DNA of 64,000 bases. It comes from Bacteroidota bacterium (GTDB lineage: Bacteria; Bacteroidota; Ignavibacteria; Palsa-1295). The stretch spans positions 4,297 to 68,296 of the forward strand of contig JAUZOQ010000003.1 of the NCBI GenBank assembly GCA_030706385.1, given 5' to 3'. A model generated the notes under the pieces. The model saw only the letters and a list, made by a program, of their open reading frames with translations. It was not told the origin of the DNA and ran no database searches. The position numbers and the translations under genes were made by a program. Below, in pieces: positions 35,691-43,877 of the stretch; position 1 is the first letter of the stretch; the number at the start of each line of letters is the position of its first letter.

Positions 35691-37757
35691 TTACTTGGAA
35701 ACAACGATTCTCTTCGAGGTAACGAACTGCTCGCCTGTCGAAGCCTGGCCTGCGATGCGGACGATGTACGAACCGCTGACGAAGTTCGAAGCATTCCATT
35801 TCCAGGATGCGCTGGCCTTCGCCGTCGTTACGACATTACCGAGCAGATCGATGACCTGAACATCGGCCGTGCGAACACCGGTCATATCGACATTCACATA
35901 GCTCGATGCAGGATTCGGTGATACGTTGATCGCTACTCCTGAAGGAAGTGCGTTCGGAACACCGGCTGCAAGCTGGACGCCCTGAAGATCGAATGCCGTT
36001 GCCATCAAGTTGTGGTTGGCATCGATGAGTAGCGTATCGTGATGAACAAGGTTATCCGTTGCCGTGTAGACAATAACGACGGTCAGATTATCTCCCGGAT
36101 GAAGAACGAACGGAGCAGGCGACGGAGTCATCGATTGGATCGAGAAATACGTGCCGTTGGCCAGCTTCACGCTGTTGACCGTTGCATCGACCTGCAGGTT
36201 ATTCGTGAAGTAGAATGTAGTCGTGACGCGATCGCCGCGGCCTTCGATTCCGAGCGTGCGATGCTCAGTCGGGAAGAGCGGACGAACCGTGCTATCGGTC
36301 GTATTGCCGTCATGAACGACATGGCCGACGAGATGTCCCTCTACTGTCGAGCAATGCAGATTCGTGCCTGAGAGTGAGAAGTTCACTCCGGCAGTAAAGA
36401 CGTATGTTCCGTTATTGTTCGAAGGTGGAGCAAAGGTATAGGTCATTGCTGTATTGTTCGAGTTCTTCGGAACAGTGATCGGGAATGCCGGTCCTGTTAT
36501 GGCGAAGACTGAAGCATTCGCTCCGACGATCGCTGCCGAGTTCACAATAATATCGTTATCGCTCTTATTAATAAGGTACAACGTTTGCTCTGCTGAGCCG
36601 CCAATGACGACGGCATCTTTGGAGTTATCGCCTTGCTCAGTCTGCATGCAGCTATCCGAAGTCCCATGATTCGTCGAAGAATTACCTCCGAAACCGATCG
36701 ACAGGGTGTTTCCATCCGTACCATTCATGATATAATGAAGGGTAAGCGTGCATGTGCCTTGAATATTCGCTTCATGCGGAGTGTAGCAGATCGTGAACGT
36801 CATTGAACTTCCTGGCGCAAGTGTATCGGTGCCATTGAAAGCCGGGTTAATGCTGAAATCCTTATTCTCGCAGGTGTTCCAGCTCGTGATTATTGCGTAC
36901 TGATTCGTCCTGTTGGAAACGATAACGGAACGGCAAACCTCGGAATCAGCAGGAACGGTACCGAAGGTGAACTCATGCGGATCGGATGTCAGCACCGTCG
37001 AGTCATTGTTATTATGATCGGCTGCGGAGCTTCCGCTGAAACTGATGGAAAGTGATCCGTCGCCATTGCTTGGCGTTGAATACTTGATCTGCCAGGAGCA
37101 TGTTGTCTGCGTGCCGGGCTTTGTCGGCTTGTAGCAGATGGTGATAGCAACCGAGGCTCCGGGAAGGATGACTGAAGGCGGATCCCAACCCGTGACGGTG
37201 AAGTCCGGATTGCTGCAAACTAAACCGCCGGTGAAATTCATTACTCCGTCATTGCTCGTATTGGTGATGACGATTCTCTTGCACGTATCTTGTCCGACAG
37301 CGAGAGTGCCAAAACTGAATTCATGCGGATCGGCAACGAGTGCAGCCGAAACGTTTCCTGTTCCCACTCCATAGAGCCCGAGTGTCTTATGGCAATCGGT
37401 GTTGTTCTTCGTTACCGTCAAGGTTCCCCGCAATCCGGTATTGACTGCACCGGGATGGAAGGTAAGATTGAAGGACATGGTATCGCCGGCTGCAACAGTG
37501 ATCTGATGCGTGCTCACACCAAAGGCATCTGCACCGCTGACCGCAATATTAAGGACTAACGACTCGCTCGAAGTGTTGACGATCGTGAGTGAACGGGTTT
37601 GGATCGTCCCCAGTGGAGTCGAGAACGTCCATATCGTATCGTTCGTCGCAAAGGTAAATCCGCAGTCGGCCTTCGCCTCTTGCGTGTGAAAAATAGCTAA
37701 CGTGCAAAGCATGAATGCCAGTACTTTTAGCAAAGAAGGAGTAGAAGAAGGTTTCAT
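35691..37757 (-). CDS. T9SS cargo with repeated Ig-like (choice-of-anchor-D / ASPM-type) domains
   Basis: Signal peptide. Repeats DPHEFSFGTLAVGQDTCKRIVITNTS.. and DPHEFTFGTVPADSEVCRSVIVSNRT... C-terminus VSPNPASSYVNVDM..GSYIVRIAGQ..KRIVVSK. Confidence 0.85.
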   Translation of the reverse strand: MKPSSTPSLLKVLAFMLCTLAIFHTQEAKADCGFTFATNDTIWTFSTPLGTIQTRSLTIVNTSSESLVLNIAVSGADAFGVSTHQITVAAGDTMSFNLTFHPGAVNTGLRGTLTVTKNNTDCHKTLGLYGVGTGNVSAALVADPHEFSFGTLAVGQDTCKRIVITNTSNDGVMNFTGGLVCSNPDFTVTGWDPPSVILPGASVAITICYKPTKPGTQTTCSWQIKYSTPSNGDGSLSISFSGSSAADHNNNDSTVLTSDPHEFTFGTVPADSEVCRSVIVSNRTNQYAIITSWNTCENKDFSINPAFNGTDTLAPGSSMTFTICYTPHEANIQGTCTLTLHYIMNGTDGNTLSIGFGGNSSTNHGTSDSCMQTEQGDNSKDAVVIGGSAEQTLYLINKSDNDIIVNSAAIVGANASVFAITGPAFPITVPKNSNNTAMTYTFAPPSNNNGTYVFTAGVNFSLSGTNLHCSTVEGHLVGHVVHDGNTTDSTVRPLFPTEHRTLGIEGRGDRVTTTFYFTNNLQVDATVNSVKLANGTYFSIQSMTPSPAPFVLHPGDNLTVVIVYTATDNLVHHDTLLIDANHNLMATAFDLQGVQLAAGVPNALPSGVAINVSPNPASSYVNVDMTGVRTADVQVIDLLGNVVTTAKASASWKWNASNFVSGSYIVRIAGQASTGEQFVTSKRIVVSK

Positions 37758-38077
37758 CGTATTCTTTCGATTGATAAGTGAAAATCCCTGAAATTTGAGT
37801 GCGAACCGCTACTGGTCCACGCATATAAATACATTTCAGGGTGCAAAGTTACAGCGATTCTTGCGGTTTAGCCTAAAATAGTGGGTCGAAAGAGACCGTT
37901 TAATGAAGCGGAACCCTCGGTTATTGATCTAACTCTTTTATTAACAATAAGTTACAGTATATTCAAAGCGGTTCGATGCTTGGACAGATTTCACACTGAA
38001 ACGAGCTATACAACCTATTGAGGCGGAATTTACAGGCGCAACACCACGGAATCGGAACGATTTTTCAGGTTTTTTCG

Positions 38078-38098
38078 TATTAAGACGAAGTCTTAATA
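38078..38098. promoter_or_regulatory. perfect 9-3-9 palindrome 8 nt upstream of the fur start codon (candidate operator or RNA hairpin)
   Basis: tattaagac gaa gtcttaata. Its core TAAGACGAA..GTCTTA recurs at 3405-3422. Confidence 0.35.
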
Positions 38099-38105
38099 AT
38101 AACAA

Positions 38106-38675
38106 ATGGCTGAACCGAAGACTGAGTCGAAAGCAAGCAAGAAAGCGAAAGCCTTGGAAGCACCCGGAGCTACTCCGGATGAGATCTTCCGGAAATTCCT
38201 GAAGGAAGGCGAATACCGCATTACTCCCGAACGGTTTGAAGTCCTTGATGCGGTTATGAAATGGGATGATCATTTCGACGCCGATAATCTTTTCATCTAT
38301 CTCAAGAATAACGGCTCGAAAGTATCTCGCGCCACCGTCTATAAGACGCTGAACCTGCTGCATGAATGCGGCCTCGTTTCGCGCTACCGGTTTTCCCAAG
38401 GGCATGCCCAATACGAGAAGACGGTCGACCGCCCCCATCACGATCACCTGATCTGCACGACATGCGGGAAGATCATCGAGTTCGATAACAGCCGTGTGAT
38501 CCAAATGCAAAATGATATTTGTATTGCCTACGGATTCAAGCCGCTCTATCATTCGTTTCAAGTATTCAGCCAGTGCCTTGATGGCGCCATGGATATTCAG
38601 GATTGCGAATATGCCCGCCAACTGAAATCGGCACTCATGAATCCGCATAAGAAAAAAAATCATTCTATAAAATAA
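38106..38675 (+). CDS. fur: Fur-family transcriptional regulator
   Basis: RITPERFEVLDAV, ..VSRATVYKTLNLLHECGLV.., metal site HHDHLICTTCGKIIEF. Lys/Ala-rich N-terminal extension. Confidence 0.88.
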   Translation: MAEPKTESKASKKAKALEAPGATPDEIFRKFLKEGEYRITPERFEVLDAVMKWDDHFDADNLFIYLKNNGSKVSRATVYKTLNLLHECGLVSRYRFSQGHAQYEKTVDRPHHDHLICTTCGKIIEFDNSRVIQMQNDICIAYGFKPLYHSFQVFSQCLDGAMDIQDCEYARQLKSALMNPHKKKNHSIK

Positions 38676-38679
38676 GCTA

Positions 38680-38706
38680 TGAGGACTGAGTGCTGAGGAT
38701 TGAGGA
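38680..38706. repeat. left inverted repeat flanking the four-helix-bundle gene
   Basis: tgaggactgagtgctgaggattgagga. tgagtgctgagga (13 nt) is exactly complementary to 39126-39145, and about 22 of 27 positions pair in total. Confidence 0.6.
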
Positions 38707-38750
38707 TTTGTAATGAGTATTCTATTTTTAATTAAGATCAATATAATACT

Positions 38751-39158
38751 ATGGCAGCAATAACAAGATTTGAAGATCTGATCGCCTGGCAGAAGGCACG
38801 GATACTGACTCGCCGCATCTATGAATGTACTAGAAAAGATCAGTATGCAAAAGATTTCAGGCTGAGCGGACAGATTCAGAGCGCATCCGTTTCAATAATG
38901 GCAAATATTGCCGAAGGCTTTGAACGAGCGAAAAGAACTGAATTCCATCAATTCCTTTCCATAGCAAAATCTTCCTGCGCCGAAGTGCGATCACATCTCT
39001 ATGTTGCACTTGATGTCAACTATATCAATCAGACGGAGTTTAATGACCTGATGTCGCTAGCAGTTGAAGTAGGTAAAATCATCGGCGGTCTTCGTGCGAA
39101 GGTCGAACAGCAAAAGAATTCAGCTTCTCAGTCCTCAGCACTCAAATCTCATTCCTAA
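38751..39158 (+). CDS. four-helix-bundle protein (23S rRNA intervening-sequence protein family)
   Basis: FEDLIAWQKARILTRRIY, FRLSGQIQSASVSIMANIAEGFER, FHQFLSIAKSSCAEVRSHLYVALD. Confidence 0.85.
   Translation: MAAITRFEDLIAWQKARILTRRIYECTRKDQYAKDFRLSGQIQSASVSIMANIAEGFERAKRTEFHQFLSIAKSSCAEVRSHLYVALDVNYINQTEFNDLMSLAVEVGKIIGGLRAKVEQQKNSASQSSALKSHS
39126..39145. repeat. right inverted repeat flanking the four-helix-bundle gene (inside its 3' end)
   Basis: tctcagtcctcagcactcaa, the reverse complement of ttgagtgctgaggactgaga. Confidence 0.6.
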
Positions 39159-39164
39159 AAAATA

Positions 39165-39965
39165 ATGTTTGAAAAGATCTTTAACCAATTTGTTATCTGC
39201 TTCCGTGAAGGCACGGAGGCATCGCTGGTTATTATGGCCGTGATGGTAGCGATCAAGAAGCGTGGTGACGATAGGTTTCGCAAAGCGGCGCTCTGGGGTA
39301 TCGGAACTGCTATCGTGTTCTGTATTGCCGGCGGCTGGTATCTCGGCTCCATTGCACTCGTGACGACGGAAGGCCACCTGTTGGAACTCGTACTCTACAT
39401 CTCTGCAATGCTTGCTGTAACCGGAATGGTGTTCTGGATGATGAAGACGGGAAAGAATCTTCGAAGCGAGATCGAAAAGAAAGTCAATTCCTATGACAAC
39501 AGTAAGAAGTTCTTGCCGCTCGCTGGCGTCTTCCTTTTTGTCTTTTTCATGATCGCCCGCGAAGGATTTGAGACCGTGCTTCTTCTTCTATCCTTCGGAG
39601 CCGGTATTGGAGGACATTATTATGTTGTGGCAATGCTCATGGGCATCGCAGTCGCCGTGCTCTTAAGCTATGCGCTTTCGAAAGGACTTATCAAAGTTCA
39701 CATCGGAAAATTCCTGCAGCAGACGGCTTTTGTACTGCTCTTTTTCGTGATCCAATTATTCTTCGATTCACTGCACGAAGCCTACGAAGGGAATTTCCTT
39801 CCGCAGCCTTCGTCGCAGGGCTGGGCAAATTTTGTCGATTACGTCCATGACCAGATGCCGATCTTCTCCTATATCGCTCTCGGCCTTTTCGGCATCATCA
39901 TTATCTACCACTTAGTCCAGTCGATCGGTAAACGCCGTCCGCCGCAGGTAAAGCCTGCTGCCTGA
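39165..39965 (+). CDS. FTR1/EfeU-family high-affinity iron permease
   Basis: Two REXXE motifs (FREGTEASLV and AREGFETVLL). Seven hydrophobic segments. Confidence 0.88.
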   Translation: MFEKIFNQFVICFREGTEASLVIMAVMVAIKKRGDDRFRKAALWGIGTAIVFCIAGGWYLGSIALVTTEGHLLELVLYISAMLAVTGMVFWMMKTGKNLRSEIEKKVNSYDNSKKFLPLAGVFLFVFFMIAREGFETVLLLLSFGAGIGGHYYVVAMLMGIAVAVLLSYALSKGLIKVHIGKFLQQTAFVLLFFVIQLFFDSLHEAYEGNFLPQPSSQGWANFVDYVHDQMPIFSYIALGLFGIIIIYHLVQSIGKRRPPQVKPAA

Positions 39966-39971
39966 TCGGTC

Positions 39972-42485
39972 TTACTTTGCAAAACTCAACCGCTTCGTCT
40001 GCGTTCTGCCATCGGCAGAGACAGAGCAGATATATGTTCCATTCGGAAGTTCTGCTCCATCGAAGCTAACCTCATACGCACCTGCAGTCTTGAATTCGTT
40101 CACGATGGATCTGACTTTCGCGCCAAGAATATTATAGATCTCGATCTTCACCGGACCGTCGTGAGATACTGAGTAGAGGATCTTCGTCTCCGTAGAGAAC
40201 GGATTCGGATAACTCTCAACAGGTGGGTCTTGCTCACCTGCTGCCGAATTGACACCTGCCGCAGCGAAATGCAAAATTCCGAACCGATAGGAATTCAGTC
40301 TTCCTCCATTAACGTGCGTGAATCCGCCGCCAACATAGAGGCCGGCCTGATCGACTGCCAGAGCATACACGCTCGCTCCGACTCCGTTGGAAACCGAACT
40401 CCACGCGCTTCCGTCCCATTTCGCAAGGAATGGCGCTTTCATCCGAACGCCTCCGACAGAATCGAAATACCCGCCAACGTAGAGATCGGAGCCATTCATC
40501 GCAAGCGCATCGGCACCGGCATTCAATCCTCCTCCAAGATCATTCCAATTTGTGCCGTCCCATCGGGCAACTCCGTTAACTAACACTCCGCTTGCAATGG
40601 CAAAATCTCCTGCTGCATATACATCGGTTCCGGAGAGTACCAGTGCCAGAACGCGGTCACTTACTCCGGTGCCGAGAGATGTCCAGTTCAATCCATCGAA
40701 TGTTGCGATGTTCGAGTATGTGCGGGAATCGATCGATGAGATCTGGCCGCCGATCACAAGCGTTGCGCCTGTAGCTGCAACAGCATTGATATACCCATTG
40801 ATCGCACCCGGAAGTGGTACCCACTCGGAGCCATCCCACTTGCCCATGAAATTGATCAGGCCCTTGTTAAGGATAAGCGGGAAAAATACGGAAGCATAGA
40901 CACCGGTCTCGTTCGCAGCGATCGAGGAAACATAGCGGACGGCTCCCTCACCCATCGGATGCCATGTCTTAGTATCCATGTCCCAATAGGCTATGTGACG
41001 AGCGATGTTATCACCGGCGAAATTGAAACTGCCGCCCACGTAGACGTTCGATCCCTGGATCGTGATGGCAGAAACATCTCTATCCACTCCCTTGCCAAGC
41101 GAGATCCACTTGCGATTGTATTTATCCCATGCTGCAATATGATTAAATTCTTTTTCTCCGATAGTTGAGAATGAGCCTCCGATAAAGATGTACTGCGGTG
41201 TCGAAGCGACGGCATCGATAGACGTTTCGCTATAACCGCCGAATGCTCCGGATGTAATTCCAAGTGCTTGCCAATGATCACCAGATGCAATTGTAGATAT
41301 ATTCCCAACCGAATCATTACCGGCATGAAGGAATGTGCCGCCAACATAGAGAGCGTTGTTGAATATGCCAAGAGCGCTAACTTCGCCATAGACTCCCTTT
41401 CCGATAGCACTGAATGCATTGTTACTCCATTTCACGATCCCGTGTGCAGGCGTTCCTTCTACGGAATAGAAGCTGCCGCCGATATAGACGCTATCTCCGA
41501 CAGGCATGATTGAAAAAACTTCTCCGCCCTTTGTACCGGTATCGGTGGCATTAGCGAATGGGATCCAATTATTTCCATCCCATCTGGTGAGGGAGATAAG
41601 CTCTTCTGTAGAACTGCCCGTTGTGGTGAAGTCGCCGCCAACCCAGAGTTGTCCTTTAACCATCGCCATCGTGTAGACAGGACCGCTTAAGCCATCTCCG
41701 ACACTTTGCCAATTTCCTTCGGAATATAATGCGATCTCCTTCACCGGTTGCTTGCTGCTATAGAACCTGCCTCCTACAAAAAGGCTATCTCCGACAGGGA
41801 GTAAAGAATAGACTGCATCGTAGATCCCACCATTCATATCGTCCCATGCATGTCCGTTCCACCGGGCTATATAGGAAACGGGTAGCGTGCCGGCACTGGT
41901 AAAGTAGCCTCCGATGATCATGCTCGTATCCATGAAGGCAATCGCCATAACAGTGCTATTGACTCCACCGCCGACTTCTTCCCATTTCTTCGTCGTAGCA
42001 TTCCACTCAGCAATCCCCTGCAAACGGGTGTTACTATTGAATCCAAGATATCCGAATCTTCCGCCGGCATAAAGTTTGCCATTATGGATTTGGAGCGTAT
42101 TGACCGTGGAGCTAAATCCGCTATCCATCTTAGACCAGATACCGCTTGCACGATTGTAGTGAATAATATTGTAGCAGCGAATGCCGTCAAAATATTCAAA
42201 GCTTCCGGCAAGATAAAGATCGTCTCCATCGCTGGCGATCGCGCTGATGTAGCCTTTGTCGATCAGGGAGTCATACCCGCTTCCTTTATTAAAAAGGCTA
42301 TCCCAATAATCCTTTTGCGCAAGGGGAAGATCATGAGTATTCATCTGCGCGCTGCGCATATTTCCGAATCCCATCTTGGAATGCGGCACTGCCGGTGCAA
42401 GTGAGCCTTCCTGTGCCTGGGCAGAAACTGCCGATAATATCATAGTGACCAGGAAGACGATTGTGATAACGTGAAACTGTTTCAT
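39972..42485 (-). CDS. T9SS cargo built from ~50-aa beta-propeller-like repeats
   Basis: Signal peptide. More than 12 repeats of the type LY(V/A)GG.F....G......IA.W(D/N)G..W. C-terminus YPNPFSTETKILYSV..GTYICSVSADGRTQTKRLSFAK. Confidence 0.85.
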   Translation of the reverse strand: MKQFHVITIVFLVTMILSAVSAQAQEGSLAPAVPHSKMGFGNMRSAQMNTHDLPLAQKDYWDSLFNKGSGYDSLIDKGYISAIASDGDDLYLAGSFEYFDGIRCYNIIHYNRASGIWSKMDSGFSSTVNTLQIHNGKLYAGGRFGYLGFNSNTRLQGIAEWNATTKKWEEVGGGVNSTVMAIAFMDTSMIIGGYFTSAGTLPVSYIARWNGHAWDDMNGGIYDAVYSLLPVGDSLFVGGRFYSSKQPVKEIALYSEGNWQSVGDGLSGPVYTMAMVKGQLWVGGDFTTTGSSTEELISLTRWDGNNWIPFANATDTGTKGGEVFSIMPVGDSVYIGGSFYSVEGTPAHGIVKWSNNAFSAIGKGVYGEVSALGIFNNALYVGGTFLHAGNDSVGNISTIASGDHWQALGITSGAFGGYSETSIDAVASTPQYIFIGGSFSTIGEKEFNHIAAWDKYNRKWISLGKGVDRDVSAITIQGSNVYVGGSFNFAGDNIARHIAYWDMDTKTWHPMGEGAVRYVSSIAANETGVYASVFFPLILNKGLINFMGKWDGSEWVPLPGAINGYINAVAATGATLVIGGQISSIDSRTYSNIATFDGLNWTSLGTGVSDRVLALVLSGTDVYAAGDFAIASGVLVNGVARWDGTNWNDLGGGLNAGADALAMNGSDLYVGGYFDSVGGVRMKAPFLAKWDGSAWSSVSNGVGASVYALAVDQAGLYVGGGFTHVNGGRLNSYRFGILHFAAAGVNSAAGEQDPPVESYPNPFSTETKILYSVSHDGPVKIEIYNILGAKVRSIVNEFKTAGAYEVSFDGAELPNGTYICSVSADGRTQTKRLSFAK

Positions 42486-42638
42486 AGAATGAACGGATTG
42501 GGTGAATGCATGGAGCTATTTCCATCGATCGGGGGATCGTGCGAATCGTTCTATAAACCACGCCACAAAAGACAAGGTTCGTAACCATTTCCGGCTTCTC
42601 GCCGTTTATATAGCCGCTTTTAACAATGATTTTTCTGA

Positions 42639-43811
42639 ATGAAGATCCTATTTATATTCGTTTTTTCCGTCTGTATCATAATCCCGGGATTTGCGCAGGA
42701 TACGACGAAGAAGAAATCACCATACGAAATAAAGAATCCGTCCATCAATGTCATTATTCATCCTCCGGGACAAAAAGATAATGCTAGGATCAATTTTGCC
42801 GCACAGTTTCCCGGTGCGAAGCCGCTACCCGAATCATTCTATGATAAACGCGAGAAGCATCTGGCAAACATCCGCCAGCTCACTTTCGAAGGCGAAAACG
42901 CCGAAGCGTACTTAAGCCCCGATGAGAAACATCTCGTCTTCCAGTCGCGCGGAAAAGAAGCGGGAGCCTGCGATCAGATCTACACAATGACTCTGGACGG
43001 AAAGAATGTCAAGCGCATCTCCACCGGATACGGAAGAACAACATGCGCGTATTACTTCCCTTCTAACGACAAGATCCTTTTCTCCTCGACACACGAAATG
43101 TACGGAGGCGAATGTCCGCCCGAACCTGATCACACAAAAGGCTATGTATGGCCGCTGTATAAAGGATATGACATCCACATTGCCGATACATCCGGAAAAC
43201 TTATCGGGAGGCTGACGCAGGATTCTCTTTTCTATGATGCTGAGACGACGATCTCTCCGACCGGAGATCGGATGGTCGTAACGAGTACCAGAAGCGGAGA
43301 TATCGATCTCTACTCCTGCAAACTCGATGGCACCGATGCAAAGCAATTAACGACGGAAGCCGGCTACGACGGCGGTGCATTCTTCTCACTCGATGGAAAG
43401 AAGATCGTCTACCGCGCCTCACGTCCCAAGGGAGACGAGCTGAAAGAATATCAAGAATTACTTAAGGAGGGGTTGATCCGTCCGAAGTCATTGGAGATCA
43501 TGGTCATGGATGCCGATGGAAGCAACAAGAAGCAAGTGACCGAGAACGGCAAAGCAAATTTTGCTCCGTTCTTTTTCCCAAGCGGAAAGAGAATCATCTT
43601 TGCTTCAAATATGGATGATCCGAAAGGACGAGAGTTCGATCTTTATGCCATCGATACTAACGGCAAACATTTGGAGCGCATTACCTATGCTGCAGGATTC
43701 GACGGATTTCCGATGTTCACAAAAGACGGCAAGCACTTAGTCTTCTGCTCGAATCGCAATGGCTCATACCCTGGAAATACGAATATCTTCATCGCGGATT
43801 GGGTAGAGTAA
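42639..43811 (+). CDS. TolB-like / PD40 (WD40-like) beta-propeller repeat protein, secreted
   Basis: Signal peptide MKILFIFVFSVCIIIPGFAQ. Repeated ..SPDEKHLVFQS.., ..SPTGDRMVVTSTRSGDIDLY.., ..DGKKIVYRASR.., ..DGKHLVFCSNRNG... Confidence 0.85.
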   Translation: MKILFIFVFSVCIIIPGFAQDTTKKKSPYEIKNPSINVIIHPPGQKDNARINFAAQFPGAKPLPESFYDKREKHLANIRQLTFEGENAEAYLSPDEKHLVFQSRGKEAGACDQIYTMTLDGKNVKRISTGYGRTTCAYYFPSNDKILFSSTHEMYGGECPPEPDHTKGYVWPLYKGYDIHIADTSGKLIGRLTQDSLFYDAETTISPTGDRMVVTSTRSGDIDLYSCKLDGTDAKQLTTEAGYDGGAFFSLDGKKIVYRASRPKGDELKEYQELLKEGLIRPKSLEIMVMDADGSNKKQVTENGKANFAPFFFPSGKRIIFASNMDDPKGREFDLYAIDTNGKHLERITYAAGFDGFPMFTKDGKHLVFCSNRNGSYPGNTNIFIADWVE

Positions 43812-43812
43812 A

Positions 43813-43849
43813 GATCCGTGAAAATCCGTTCAATCCGTGAAATCCGTGT
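43813..43849. repeat. four tandem 9-10-nt units with ATCCGT core
   Basis: atccgtgaaa atccgttca atccgtgaa atccgtgtg, in the 66-nt gap between two convergent genes. Confidence 0.7.
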
Positions 43850-43877
43850 GCCATTCCCTCGACCAGATCACTGGCGG

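Noticed and set aside
37941-38741. 266-aa minus-strand ORF covering the fur region
   Set aside because: It is entirely antisense to a clear Fur-family gene (HHDHLICTTCG motif). Its sequence is Leu/Arg/Phe-rich with no motif and runs through the fur promoter and the palindrome. It is a shadow ORF.
43813-43849. Possible CRISPR array
   Set aside because: The units are only 9-10 nt and directly abutting with no spacers. There are four copies and no cas genes in the window.
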